From: Saccostrea echinata
Taxonomy: Eukaryota
Assembly: GCF_033153115.1 (NCBI RefSeq)
Contig: NW_026889803.1
Location: 43,338,001-43,402,000, forward strand
Direction: 5' to 3'
Length of the DNA: 64,000 bases
In this document: positions 53,328 through 64,000 of the stretch, in pieces
Numbering within the stretch: position 1 is the stretch's first letter
Layout of the letters: each line of letters begins with the position of its first letter
Notes under the pieces: generated by a model
Databases searched by the model: none
Told to the model about the DNA's origin: nothing
The model's input: only the letters and a program-made list of their open reading frames with translations
Translations under genes and position numbers: made by a program

Positions 53328-54687
53328 AGACCTCTTTAAAGAAAAAGCTTTGAAAGCATATTTTAAAATTGAAAAATATAGTTTTATTAATTCGAACTCA
53401 GGAACTGTGGTTACGTAAACATTTATAAACATTCGTCTGGAATGTAACCTGTTAAAATTTTGGCCATAGAAGATCACTATGTAGACTAAAAATTTTCTTT
53501 CAAAAGTTACAAATTGAAGTGGGTAGGTTCACTAATATCCCTAGATGATCGCTTACATGTATGTATCAGATATAATTCTACCACTATAAATATTGAAACC
53601 CATATCTTTATAACATGTGAAAAAAAAATCACCAAAGAAAAGAAATATTTCGAGTAATTAAAATCAAATTTATTTACAAATTCATTCAGATAGTGAACAA
53701 AATGTATTTGGTTGTTCAGTAGTGAAGACAAGGAAAGTCAATTTATTAAATATAACATGTTATAGTAATCATGTACTTGTACAGATTATTGTACTTTTTT
53801 AAAAAGAATAATTTTTGTCACAAGATCAATTAGCAATGCTATGTACTATTTGTTATACTTTCCATTGGCATGTCTTTTCCTGATTATTGTAACCATTTCA
53901 CATTTATTTATTTTGGGCTCTTACTTACAAATAAATATTCTGTTCTGTTCTATTATCTATTTCGGACATACTTATAACAGGTTTACAGGTTTATTATGCA
54001 GGTATTTTTTTTTCTTCATGCCGTGTTTAGAATATTACATTGGAATGCTAACGAGTACTATATAGATATTTGTAACTATTTATAAAATATCTCTCCTCTT
54101 TCTCTCTATCTGAAGTCAAAGAAAGACAACTTGTCCGTTACGACTAGGAGGAGTGCAAGTAATTTGCTATACTGTTTCTGTGTGTGAGTGAATCTCATTT
54201 TCAATTACTTTATTATATAAAATGATCCTAAATCGGAAAGGATGGTCAGAATTCTGCACAAGGTCACATGTTCCATACATTATTTAAATTTAAACCCTCC
54301 AAAAAATTCTCAAAGTATGTTCGAAGTTAAATTCTAATACTTACATTTTAAGAAAACAATGCCTCTTCTTGGTGTGAAACGCTACGAAATGACGACAATA
54401 TGCCCAGCGGGAAATAGGATCTCGGACCAATTAAGCGTGAACTTCAATAAAATGCACGTTCTTATATAAAATTATCTTTATCAAGTCACCTGTTTAATGT
54501 ATCTTAATTTCATATCCCACGAAAGAATTTTAATGTTTTTCGCAGGTGAACTTTGTCAGTGTAAGAATTGTACATGTACACATTGCATTACTAGTTGAGT
54601 TGTAACTTGTCAACTAAAATTGACAAAAGCGCTGTACAAAATGACAATATTCATAAACAAAAGTGGCGGCCGCTGTCGGCCATCGTA

Positions 54688-54926
54688 CAAAATAGTTTCT
54701 TTTTTCTTTGCATCAAGATATTTGCATCAAGATATTTGATAAAAATTGTAAGGTAAGGATATGATCGAGTGTAGAATAATTTTTCCGAAAACCCGCTTGG
54801 TTTTCTTTAAGTAGATTAATTTCATTTGCATAAGCTTCCAATCTAGTATTTAGTATACAAGTAAATACTTTTCCTAAGCAACTTAGCAATGTTATGGGGT
54901 GATAATTATCAGGTTTAGTCGGGTCT

Positions 54927-55022
<96 letters not shown>

Positions 55023-55380
55023 GTTAAATTAAACCAATCAACCGTTCTTCGGGAACAAAACCACTTTCGTATATGATGTTAAAATTTTTTAAATAGACTG
55101 GCATAAATGTAGTTAACGTTGATGAAATATGCACATTCAGGATATTGTCAACTCCAGCGGATTTACCTTTTTTTTAATTTTTGTTACAGCTTCTAGTATA
55201 TCATTTTCACGAATAACAGAATTCAGAAACTCGTCGGATATGGCATGGGTTGCATTTGTGACGGATGGTGCATTATTACTATATGTATAGTTCTCTTCAT
55301 TATCGCTTTCATTGATATTTTTCAAGAAATCATATATATCATTTATATCAACAGAACACTTTTTTTGCTTTATCAGAGGT
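54688..55380 (-). mobile_element. Same LINE, 5' portion, separated by the 21.7-kb transposon
   Basis: [50 protein letters not shown] join in frame to CAFVDFKQ at 33008 once the insertion and one TSD copy are removed. Confidence 0.88.
54930..55019. repeat. (TA)n microsatellite, about 45 units
   Basis: Direct reading; lies inside the LINE. Confidence 0.95.
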
Positions 55381-55526
55381 ATTTAAAATTTTTATTTACA
55401 TGATTTATTATACATGGTCGTAATTAATTAGCGATAATTAATCCGTTCAATTATGTATATTTGTAAATTGTACTTCACCAGAGTATACCCGACAGACCGG
55501 ACGTATTTCACAGCAGTCCGGATATC

Positions 55527-55558
<32 letters not shown>

Positions 55559-55683
55559 CTGTTTATAAACTCAAATTAAACACGTAACATTGTAAAAATG
55601 TAGTGCTTGGTAGTTTAGTAGTAGTGCTAGTTGTTTTTTGTTTCTCTATTTCCTTTGTTTTTATGACTTCTTAACTTTCTTCT

Positions 55684-55724
55684 TTGTCCTGAGGAAGGGA
55701 CAGGGCGTCCCGAAAATTTGACAA
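55684..55724 (+). ncRNA. Minimal type I hammerhead ribozyme (Penelope-associated type)
   Basis: TTGTC-CTGAGGA-A-GGGAC-AGGGC-GTCCC-GAAA-ATTT-GACAA: stem I TTGTC/GACAA, CUGANGA core, stem II GGGAC/GTCCC, GAAA, palindromic mini stem III. Confidence 0.65.
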
Positions 55725-57864
55725 TTTTTAATTGTTCGTGTCGTTTCAACTTATTTCAAATGATGTTATCGGGTTAATGACAAAAAGAAATAATTATCAA
55801 CATGCTAGTGAAAATCTGAAAATTAAGTCAAATCACAACCTCTAACTAACCCCCCCCCCCCAAAAAAAAAAAAAAAACAACACTTATTCAATATTTGACT
55901 ATCCATTGTAAAACGCCTTTCAACGCCCCATGTAGTACGGTTTTCCAGCATCGTAGATAGCCTCTAAAACAAACACTTCTTTCAATAATGAATTCAATTT
56001 CATATCTCAATGAAGTATTGATTTTGCACATTTTGTATTCAATGTTGTATGGGGCCAAATTAGAAAAAATAATTCTAAAAATGAAAGCAATTGATTGAGC
56101 GTCGTATCTAAATGTGACGTTTTTGCCGTCAAATATCATTGTGACACATAGCTACATGTTGTACATATATGTGACACGGTAGTTATTCTTAACATCTACG
56201 ACATCTCAAGTTTAAATTCTGTATAGATATGCTTTTCTTAATAACATGAAAACATTTTTGTAGAGTTTAAAAAATATTTGACCTTGATTTTTCTCTCAGT
56301 ATTACAAAATTAGCCATTCTACGGATCTTAAAAACTGTGTGACACTGAACCTCCAAACTTTGTGACACACCATCTTATTCAATATCCTCCCAATGAATCT
56401 TCTTAATAGCAGGTATCCAACATACATACCAACACAAAATATCATTTTATTCTAAAATATAGTTCTTCACACACCAAAAGGATTATCGAGATGTCAATTT
56501 AAAATTGATTTAGCTTATTTTATATTTTTCTAAGTATCCAAAGGCATTTCATGTTCATTCCATATTTCTTCGTTTAACGCTTGTCTACATCTCCGCCTTG
56601 CATTTTGAGCGAAGCATTCACAGCATACGGATTGAATGACATCACAATTGCAAGAATTTACATCATTTACAACATATTTTGAATTTTTCTGCTAAATTTT
56701 ATGTTTGTATTATTTGTTTTATGGAAGTTATCAACATTTTGTTATTGCGTGTGCGACGCTCCCGTTATCTATCTACATGCGTTTTGGACGTAATTGACGG
56801 AATAGTCGAATTAATATATTTGATAAATGGATTTTTTAACCAATATTTATTTTAAAATATATTAAGTATACAAATACCGACCGAATGATATATAGTTTTC
56901 ACACAGTTAATTGTTTCAAAATTATAAAAATAGCGCAAATGCCGCCACAATGGAAAATTTGACTTTTTGACACCAACACCGTGCGCGACGTCTCGTCATT
57001 TTTAGTGCTTTATATAAAATTCAATCTTTGATCTGGTATCTATTTAATAGATCCGACACATAGGATAAATGGTGNNNNNNNNNNNNNNNNNNNNNNNNNN
57101 NNNNNNNNNNNNNNNNNNNNNNNNNNNNNNNNNNNNNNNNNNNNNNNNNNNNNNNNNNNNNNNNNNNNNNNNNNNNNNNNNNNNNNNNNNNNNNNNNNNN
57201 NNNNNNNNNNNNNNNNNNNNNNNNNNNNNNNNNNNNNNNNNNNNNNNNNNNNNNNNNNNNNNNNNNNNNNNNNNNNNNNNNNNNNNNNNNNNNNNNCTTA
57301 GTCTCTAATATAGCTCAAAACAATATCAAAATTATACAGTATATTCCTGTACATGTAAATAGTCCATTTAATTCCCAACAGGCCAAATATCGGCGAACCC
57401 ATTGTGACATCAATTTTGAAAAATGACATATAGGCCTACATTGTTTATTTATAATTAGAAGTTCAATCTGACATGTTTATGGACACGGGCATATTTAGTT
57501 ATTAATAATTAAATAACAGTTTTATTCGACAAATTGACGTACATATTGCATTTTTATCTAAAGTGCTCCTTTTTCGTCCACCTAACGTGCACGATTATTC
57601 TATTAAGGTACTTGTTTACTCACGATATTTTAACAACGGGTCGCCGTAGTTATAAATGTCGTAAATTCAAAGAGTTGTGTGAATGAATAGTTTTGTATTT
57701 TAAAACTATATGTAAGAGTTACACATTACATATACAACTAATATTTGTGTCTTTCTGATTCTAATATTTATAATTTATCGGAAGTATATTGTTTACGACA
57801 TATGCCGTATATCAGCGCGGTAAATTGTAAACAATCGTCTGTCATTTAACATCACCGATGTATC

Positions 57865-60375
57865 ATGACACGCTGGAAGAAACATGGTTTCTCAAAGAAA
57901 ATATCCCAGTACAGGAAAAATTCTCAGCTGCTTACGAATCGCTGGGCAGAAAGTAGGATTAATTTAGACCATAATTATGATGTCAATCGATCTACAGAGG
58001 ATGAGACTGGACATGATGACAACATACATGTAATTGTTCCAGAACCGGCAGGTAGCGACGTTCCCGTCTCCTTCAACGACTCAGAAAATTCTAGGTAATG
58101 CTTAAGTCTAAGACCATAAATTATTAGAAACTCTTTTTCTGTAGGTGTGAATACATACATGTAAATCTTTCGGCAAAAATATTGTTGCCTACATAAACAC
58201 TGATAAAGATCTAGAGGTCGAGGGATATAATAACCAAAGCCATCACCTGTTAATCTAACAATATCAGTGACATGTATCCTGCTCAACTGCTGAATCCTAT
58301 TCACTTTTAGTGCATAAATAAAGTATAGTTTAAAATGATATGAACTTATAATGAAAGCTTTGACTGCCAAATATTTTTTTTATTTCTTTATATATGAATT
58401 ATGATATAGGATTATAAGTTAAGAATGATTCAGTTTAATTGCATGATCAGTGCATAATTGTTATTGATCATTTAACTTAATGCAAACAACACTTTTTCTA
58501 AAGATATGACATTGCTTGGAGAGAAGGAAGAAGGGTGGTTGAGTTAGGGGTGTTAGCAGATGGGCTCTCTGGTTGTGAAGTTTGTGGCATTCCTCTCCAT
58601 CTTTCTCATACCATGGGAATACTAACTTGTGGATTAGGTTCATTCTTGAAAGTCCAATGTCAAAACACAACATGTCAGCATGTAAATAAAATAGCGACTG
58701 GAAAACGCCATGGAAAGATATGGGATGCAAATACCAAGCTTGCCACAGGTACATATTTTGTATTTATTTTTCAGTTACAGTACATGTATATTATGAAAGG
58801 ACCAGGGTAATTTCCTGTCATGAATATATTCTATTTTTTATAAATACATCTGAATTATATATTTTTAGGAATGGTGCATACAGGCATGGGGCCTTCTCAG
58901 GTGAATGCACTTTTAACATCATTAAATATCCCCCCAATCAGTTCTAGGACACTGCAAAACAGACAAAATGAAACAGGAACAGTTATGGAGAAAATTGCAG
59001 TAGAAAGTACCAGAAGCAGCCTTCATGATGAAATTCAGGCAACTGTAGAGTATGTACATGCAGAAAAACACATCCATTGTAATATGAAAATATTGGTTTT
59101 GAATATTTAGGACACTAATTAAAAATATATTTGATATAAATGAAGTTATAATGTGTTTATCAGAATGTAAATGCATAGATGATGTCATTTAGAATCTTAA
59201 TATTTCTATTCTCAAATATATTCATCTTTAACATATTACATGTAAGTAGTAAATCCTATCATTTTCAATTAAAGATTTTAAGATAGTTTTCCTAAAGATA
59301 TACTGCATAGTAACCTATTATTATATAAAATGCTCATTTTAAGAGATTTACCACAATTAAGGTGGGAAAAACCAACTAGCTTCATGTTTCTGAAAGCTTT
59401 CCTGTGATTTTTAAGGTGTGAAGGTACAGACGAGCTAACAGTCAGTGTTGATGCAGGGTGGCAGAAACGAGGCAGTGGGCGATCCTATGACAGCCTCTCT
59501 GGTATGTTGTGCATATTTTTTATACCCTCCGTTTGAAAAGTGGGAGGGTATATAGTGATCGGTATGTCCATCCGTCTGTACATCCATCTGTCTGTATGTC
59601 CGTCTGTTATGCTTTGGGGTACCCATCTCTTATCCACAACTCCTCTTATACCACTGGATGAAATTTAATGAGACTTTCACAGATTCTGTGTTACATAGTG
59701 CCACTGTGCACCTCCTATTTTACTATTTGATCGGACACATATTTTGGGTTTCCAAGAGCAAAACATGGACACTGTCATTCTTTTTATGATATTGGAGGGT
59801 ACCCATCTCTAATCCAAAACTCCTCCTATACCACTGGATGAAATTTAATGATACTTTCACAGATTCTTTTTTACATAATGCCATTGTGCACCTTCTATTT
59901 TACTTTTTGTTCTGATACTTATTCGGGACTCCCAGAGCAAAACATGGACCTTGCCTTTATAATCATATGGGAGGTGGGGGGTATCATTTAGTGAGCTCAT
60001 TGCTCACAGTACCTTTAGTTTTCTTTTAAAAGGAGTTGGATGTATAACAAAGTAAAACTTCAGTTGTTTAAATTATTTTGAATTATAATTGTTATACCTA
60101 TTTTATACAATATTTATATATTTTATAATAAATATATTTCATAACAAACATATTATATACCGGTATATATTTTATAATAAATTCATTCCTTAAATAACTC
60201 AATCTGCATGACTTTTTATTTGAAACAATATTTTTAGGTCATTGCTCAATGATTGGATCTCAGACAGGCAAAATCATTGACTATGAAATACGAACAAAGT
60301 GTTGCAAAATTTGTGAGAGTGCCAGAAGAAATGGAAAAGACCCCAAAGATCATGACTGCCGAAAAAACTGGGAAG
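57865..60375 (+). CDS. Spliced Mutator-like-domain (Kolobok-type) transposase, 5' exons only
   Basis: Exons 57865-58094, 58504-58748, 58869-59049, 59416-59501, 60238-60375 are in phase. Motifs EGRRVVELGVLA..CEVC..GLGS..C..C, NTKLATGMVHTGMG, VSVDAGWQKRGSGRSYDSLSGH, KCCKIC..HDCRKNWEG. Later exons were not found in the window. Confidence 0.82.
59517..60020 (+). mobile_element. Pearl/HINE element in a transposase intron
   Basis: TTTTATACCCTCC..GGAGGGTATA hairpin, (GTCC/GTCT) microsatellite, two ~180-bp core repeats, and 3' GTGAGC..GCTCAC hairpin. Confidence 0.8.
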
Positions 60376-62765
60376 GTACATTGTATTTTAGTCTCTGAGA
60401 GAGAGAACTGATCCACCTATCCTTTTCTCTCTATTATTCTCACTTTCATTAATAACTAATCATGATGCAAATAGGGTAAACTGATCGAAAGTCGAACATG
60501 ACCGCGAGTCGAACGCATTTTAACCCTCACCTACACCTTTTGATAAACAATAAATGGTAGGCAACTCTTGATTATCTGTCTTCTTTTTTATCCATTTAAT
60601 TAATTAGAGTTATCTTTTTTAAGTCGAACTCTTCTGTCAGTAGTTCTGGGTGCCGGGAAATTTGAAGGTGATTTCTCCAAATTTTCTGTCGTAAATGAAT
60701 TATCCATGTTGTTTCAAAGCTCCAAACATTTACCAAATAAGCTAATCAATACTTTAAAAGACAGATTTATACCAATCAATATTTTTAAAAGCTGTTTTTA
60801 TATGGTTTTGGATACATAATTCGCAAAATAATTAACCAAAGCTCATTGAATTAATATCGAAAAAAGATATGGAGTCGAACACCGAAAAAGATCGCAAGTC
60901 GATCAGTGTTCGACACTAGAAACAACTATAAAATACCGCAATTTACACAAGAGAGAATAAAAGCTTTATAAGATTTATAAAAATTACATTATTATAGAAG
61001 AAAATGAATCAACTCTTTCCATTAAAAAAAACAAACAAAAAAAAAAACAAAAAACAAACAAACAAACGAACAAACAAACAAACCTGTGCCACCAGTACTT
61101 TAATTATTCCATGATTCAGACCACAATTTACTTGATCATTTTAACTGTAAACATCTATTAGTAATAAAGCAAAATTTGGAGGTAGGCTATCTATTTTGGC
61201 AATTACGTCTAAAATCAAGTTTTAAACTTTGTGCAAAAATCCTCATGCTGGGGAAAGGAGTTTTCTTTTCTTTTTATCAACAAATTTGTGAGTTGGATTT
61301 TTTTTTAAATGTAGTCCCCCCTCCCCTCTCTCTGGAAAAAAAACCTGGGTCTGCACCTGCCAATGTTTTCAGTGCTCTCCAGAGCCCAATACATGTTACT
61401 GGTGGGTTCTTAATGCTTTATTCATTTACCAAGACTGTGAAAAGACAAACAAAGATGAATATTTAATTAAGAAGATCTGACGCTCCGCAAGCACGAAGTA
61501 TATTTTCGAACATAATATTTTACTGTCAATTTAGTTTGAAAATGTTCATTGAAAAGTCTAGCTGCAACCCCTCTCCTAATTTTTTGCAGCACGGTAAAAT
61601 CGCCCCGTTTTATGTAGCCAAAAAGCTTATTGTTGAAACAGTTGGAACCCCCCCCCCCCCCCCCCCCCAACCGCATAAAATTTTCGAGATTGGATAATTA
61701 CTTCTTGGTTTTTGCTGGCTCATGGCGCAGTCTTCACAACAATTTTTTTTTTCAACGCATGCCCGTCGGGCATCTCATCTACTACTTTTACCAAGTTTAC
61801 ATGCCTTACTCAAAATTTAACTTCATGAAATTAAAAAAAAATGCTGTCTCTACAGTGTATGAACCATTGTTTATACAAGAATGGACCAACAACCAAAAAT
61901 TTCCGAGAGTGAAAAATATTCTTTCGGGTGGTCAAGAACATATACTTTTTATTGCTGTAATGCATTACCGAAAATTTTGAAATGTAGTAGTTTATCATTA
62001 AGGAAAAACCTGCATGCAGTTTTTAACATACTGAATTTGGATTCCATGTGAAAATCCTACAGTGTAATTACAGTTTGTGTACACAGTGTGTACACAATGT
62101 GGCATGATTATCTCGTGCATTTCAACAACAGTAGAAAGACGACAGGGATTAGTTAGTTACGCTTCTTTGCATATGACACCTGTGAAATTGATTTCAAAAT
62201 GTGTATGCACTTCTTTGGTCAACTTATTTAGTATATATACTTGTGTGTTTTCATGATATTGTTACATTAGGTAATAAAAAATAAATTTCACCTATTTACT
62301 TGACTACTGACGGCATATTTATTTGGTACATTAAATACATGTATAAACAGGGCTGTTAAAAAAGGTCAGTGAATCTACAATGAATAATAAATCTACCAAA
62401 ATGTGGTAATCATTGCTATTTTTGAAGAAATCTGAATTTAATAAACGAGTATTGAACAATTGAACGTTGAAAAAGGGGGGGGGGGTAACGATAACTTCTG
62501 ACGTAAATGTAATTTCTTTTGATTTTAATTACCGGGTATTTTACTAAACTAATATTCAAATTTTCACACACAAAAAATCAAGAAATGCCAATTAGAAACA
62601 GAAAGGGAAAAGGAGTTGTCATGGAATAAAATACCGTACATACTTTAATATCAGAAACGAAAGTATAGATTGCAATCCACTGTGTAAAATATTTTTACAT
62701 AAAAGTCAGTCTATAATGGAGAAAACATTACACATGCCCAGCGGACATGTGAATCTTCATTTTTT

Positions 62766-62975
62766 ACATGCCCGCCCGCAATTTTACCATCGGACTCGAT
62801 CCCGGGTTATTTCGAAGACTGATGGCGGGTGTGACTGGTCAACTTACTTCTCCTAGGCACCTGATCCCACCTCTGGAATTTCCGGGGGTTTGTGTTTTGT
62901 ATCCTTTTCACAGATTTGTATTGTCTGTAGATTTTCTTGAGATCGATTCCGTTCCCTATCTTCATCTTTTTCAGG
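62766..62975 (+). repeat. Dispersed retroelement-derived repeat fragment
   Basis: GGCGGGTGTGACTGGTC..CTTACTTCTCCTAGGCACCTGATCCCACCTCTG; related copy inverted at ~16050-16100. Confidence 0.55.
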
Positions 62976-64000
62976 TACGTTGTCTTGAATCTTTTTGAAT
63001 CTTTTTTCGCTCCCCCCTCCCCCCTTAAAAAAAAAAAAAAACCAACGATGCTGCAAGTATGTTTGCGCCAGTTCCAGAAAAAAAAGAAAAGATTTGTTGA
63101 GATCTCAGGAAAATAGGGGCCGTAACAGAGGATTAACATTTGATTAAAGAAAAAAAACGAATGCTTATAGAGATAATTTGAATGGTTTTAAAATCCGCAT
63201 GAAAGATTTAAAAATTTCTGAAGAAATAAATATTCAACATCAAATTTTTATGCAATTTTGTAAATCGTTTTATGTCTTCTGATTTTAAAATATGTCAAAT
63301 TGAATTTGTTTCATGGCAAGATTGTTTAGATTGAAACTATTTTGCGTTAAATAAAGTAATCGAACTTTAAGAAAATCAGTCCTATCATAGAAAGTTGTGA
63401 AACTTCAAACAATAAATTGAGTCCTGACCACATAAATTCGCCTGAAACGAATACTTAGAGCATTCGAAATGCTACCTTAGAAAAGACTTCTAGGTGCAAA
63501 AAATGAAGATAACAAACAGTGATCGATGTCAAAAAAAAAAAGAAAAAAAAGCAAAACTTTTTTTTTCTCTTTTGCCATAACTTCAAATTGGGCTTCAAAC
63601 ATGTTCAACGGAGGATGAAAAAAAGAGAGAAAAAGCATATAAAACTGGGGGGGGGGGGGGAACTGAATATAGAGAGAAATAAGATAAAATCAACAGAAAA
63701 GGTGGAGGATCAATGAAAAATTTTGCAAATTGATAATGTTGACTGAATTCTACATTACATGTATTACTTTCCTCCTTTAATTTAAAATTATTTCCCGTAT
63801 TACCAACAACGTTTCACAATCTTCCTTGATATTAAAATAAATGAAATGAAAATCATGTCAAAATGTTTGGTATGAATCAAAATCTATCTATAAAAGAAAA
63901 AGACGAGATCAAACAAAATCTTTTCAGAAGTTTGTCTATTTTTAAAAATAATAATATATTATGTTAATGTCATGAAAAGCAGTTCCTATTAACAATTATG

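Larger units (their letters stand above)
42720..54280 (-). pseudogene. Transposon-borne HECT E3-ligase-like gene (TDP-43-N-like, ubiquitin-like, acidic linker, G2E3-like HECT); apparent frameshifts
   Basis: Exons AT at 54280-54279 (tentative), 52147-52053, 51952-51788, 50800-50688 (GC donor), 49080-48741, 48528-48391, 47242-47150, 46935-46562, 45841-45723, 43371-43188, 43023-~42795. Motifs VSRGDIFQDA, LEVNFHGENAEDYGGPRREFF, YYYAGITIGLSAIQGG, QFVRGL, ILAFVTGAREIPVLG, catalytic FPTATTC, HFGLN. Frame breaks near 48405 and 42921. Confidence 0.8.
33015..54687 (+). mobile_element. 21.7-kb IS3EU-like DNA transposon with two convergent spliced genes
   Basis: TIRs 33015-33221 and 54471-54687 (TACGATGGCCGACAGCGGCCGCCAC...), 6-bp TSD CAAAAT (33009-33014, 54688-54693), interrupts a LINE RT in frame, encodes an integrase-like DDE protein. 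The superfamily name rests on my recollection that IS3EU has TAY..RTA ends and 6-bp TSDs. Confidence 0.9.

Noticed and set aside
33015-54687. Polinton/Maverick (large, long TIRs, 6-bp TSD)
   Set aside because: No protein-primed polymerase, capsid, ATPase or protease genes; ends are TAC..GTA rather than AG..CT; both genes are intron-rich.
12871-57308. ORFs containing X runs and many 60-100-aa AT-rich ORFs
   Set aside because: They span assembly gaps, are antisense to real genes or TEs, or have no recognisable motifs.

Overview
AT-rich, intron-containing animal DNA, most likely an oyster (Crassostrea/Magallana-like bivalve), judged from the ~166-bp Cg170-type satellite inside Helentron-type elements. 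Four N-gaps; no prokaryotic features. Positions 1-16 kb hold a head-to-head pair of immune-like genes. One is a TIR-domain gene (- strand, leaves the window) with IRF-type sites in its 5' region. The other is a 10-exon, ~823-aa gene I reconstructed as signal peptide + 8-Cys ectodomain + S/T stalk + single TM + DZIP3-type HEPN + nSTAND3 P-loop NTPase/helical domain, i.e. a candidate membrane-anchored HEPN-STAND receptor. From 16 to 64 kb the window is nested mobile DNA: decayed LINEs, a Penelope element split by a Gypsy/Mag LTR element with identical LTRs and by a foldback MITE, many MITEs and Helentron-type elements, a minimal hammerhead ribozyme, and the start of a spliced Mutator-like/Kolobok-type transposase. 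The largest element is a 21.7-kb DNA transposon (33015-54687; ~200-bp TIRs, TAC..GTA ends, 6-bp TSD, IS3EU-like) that splits one LINE. It carries a spliced DDE transposase and a convergent spliced gene for a TDP-43-N-like + ubiquitin-like + shortened HECT E3-ligase protein. All gene models were assembled by eye from splice signals and reading frame, and all family names come from motif recognition, not database searches.
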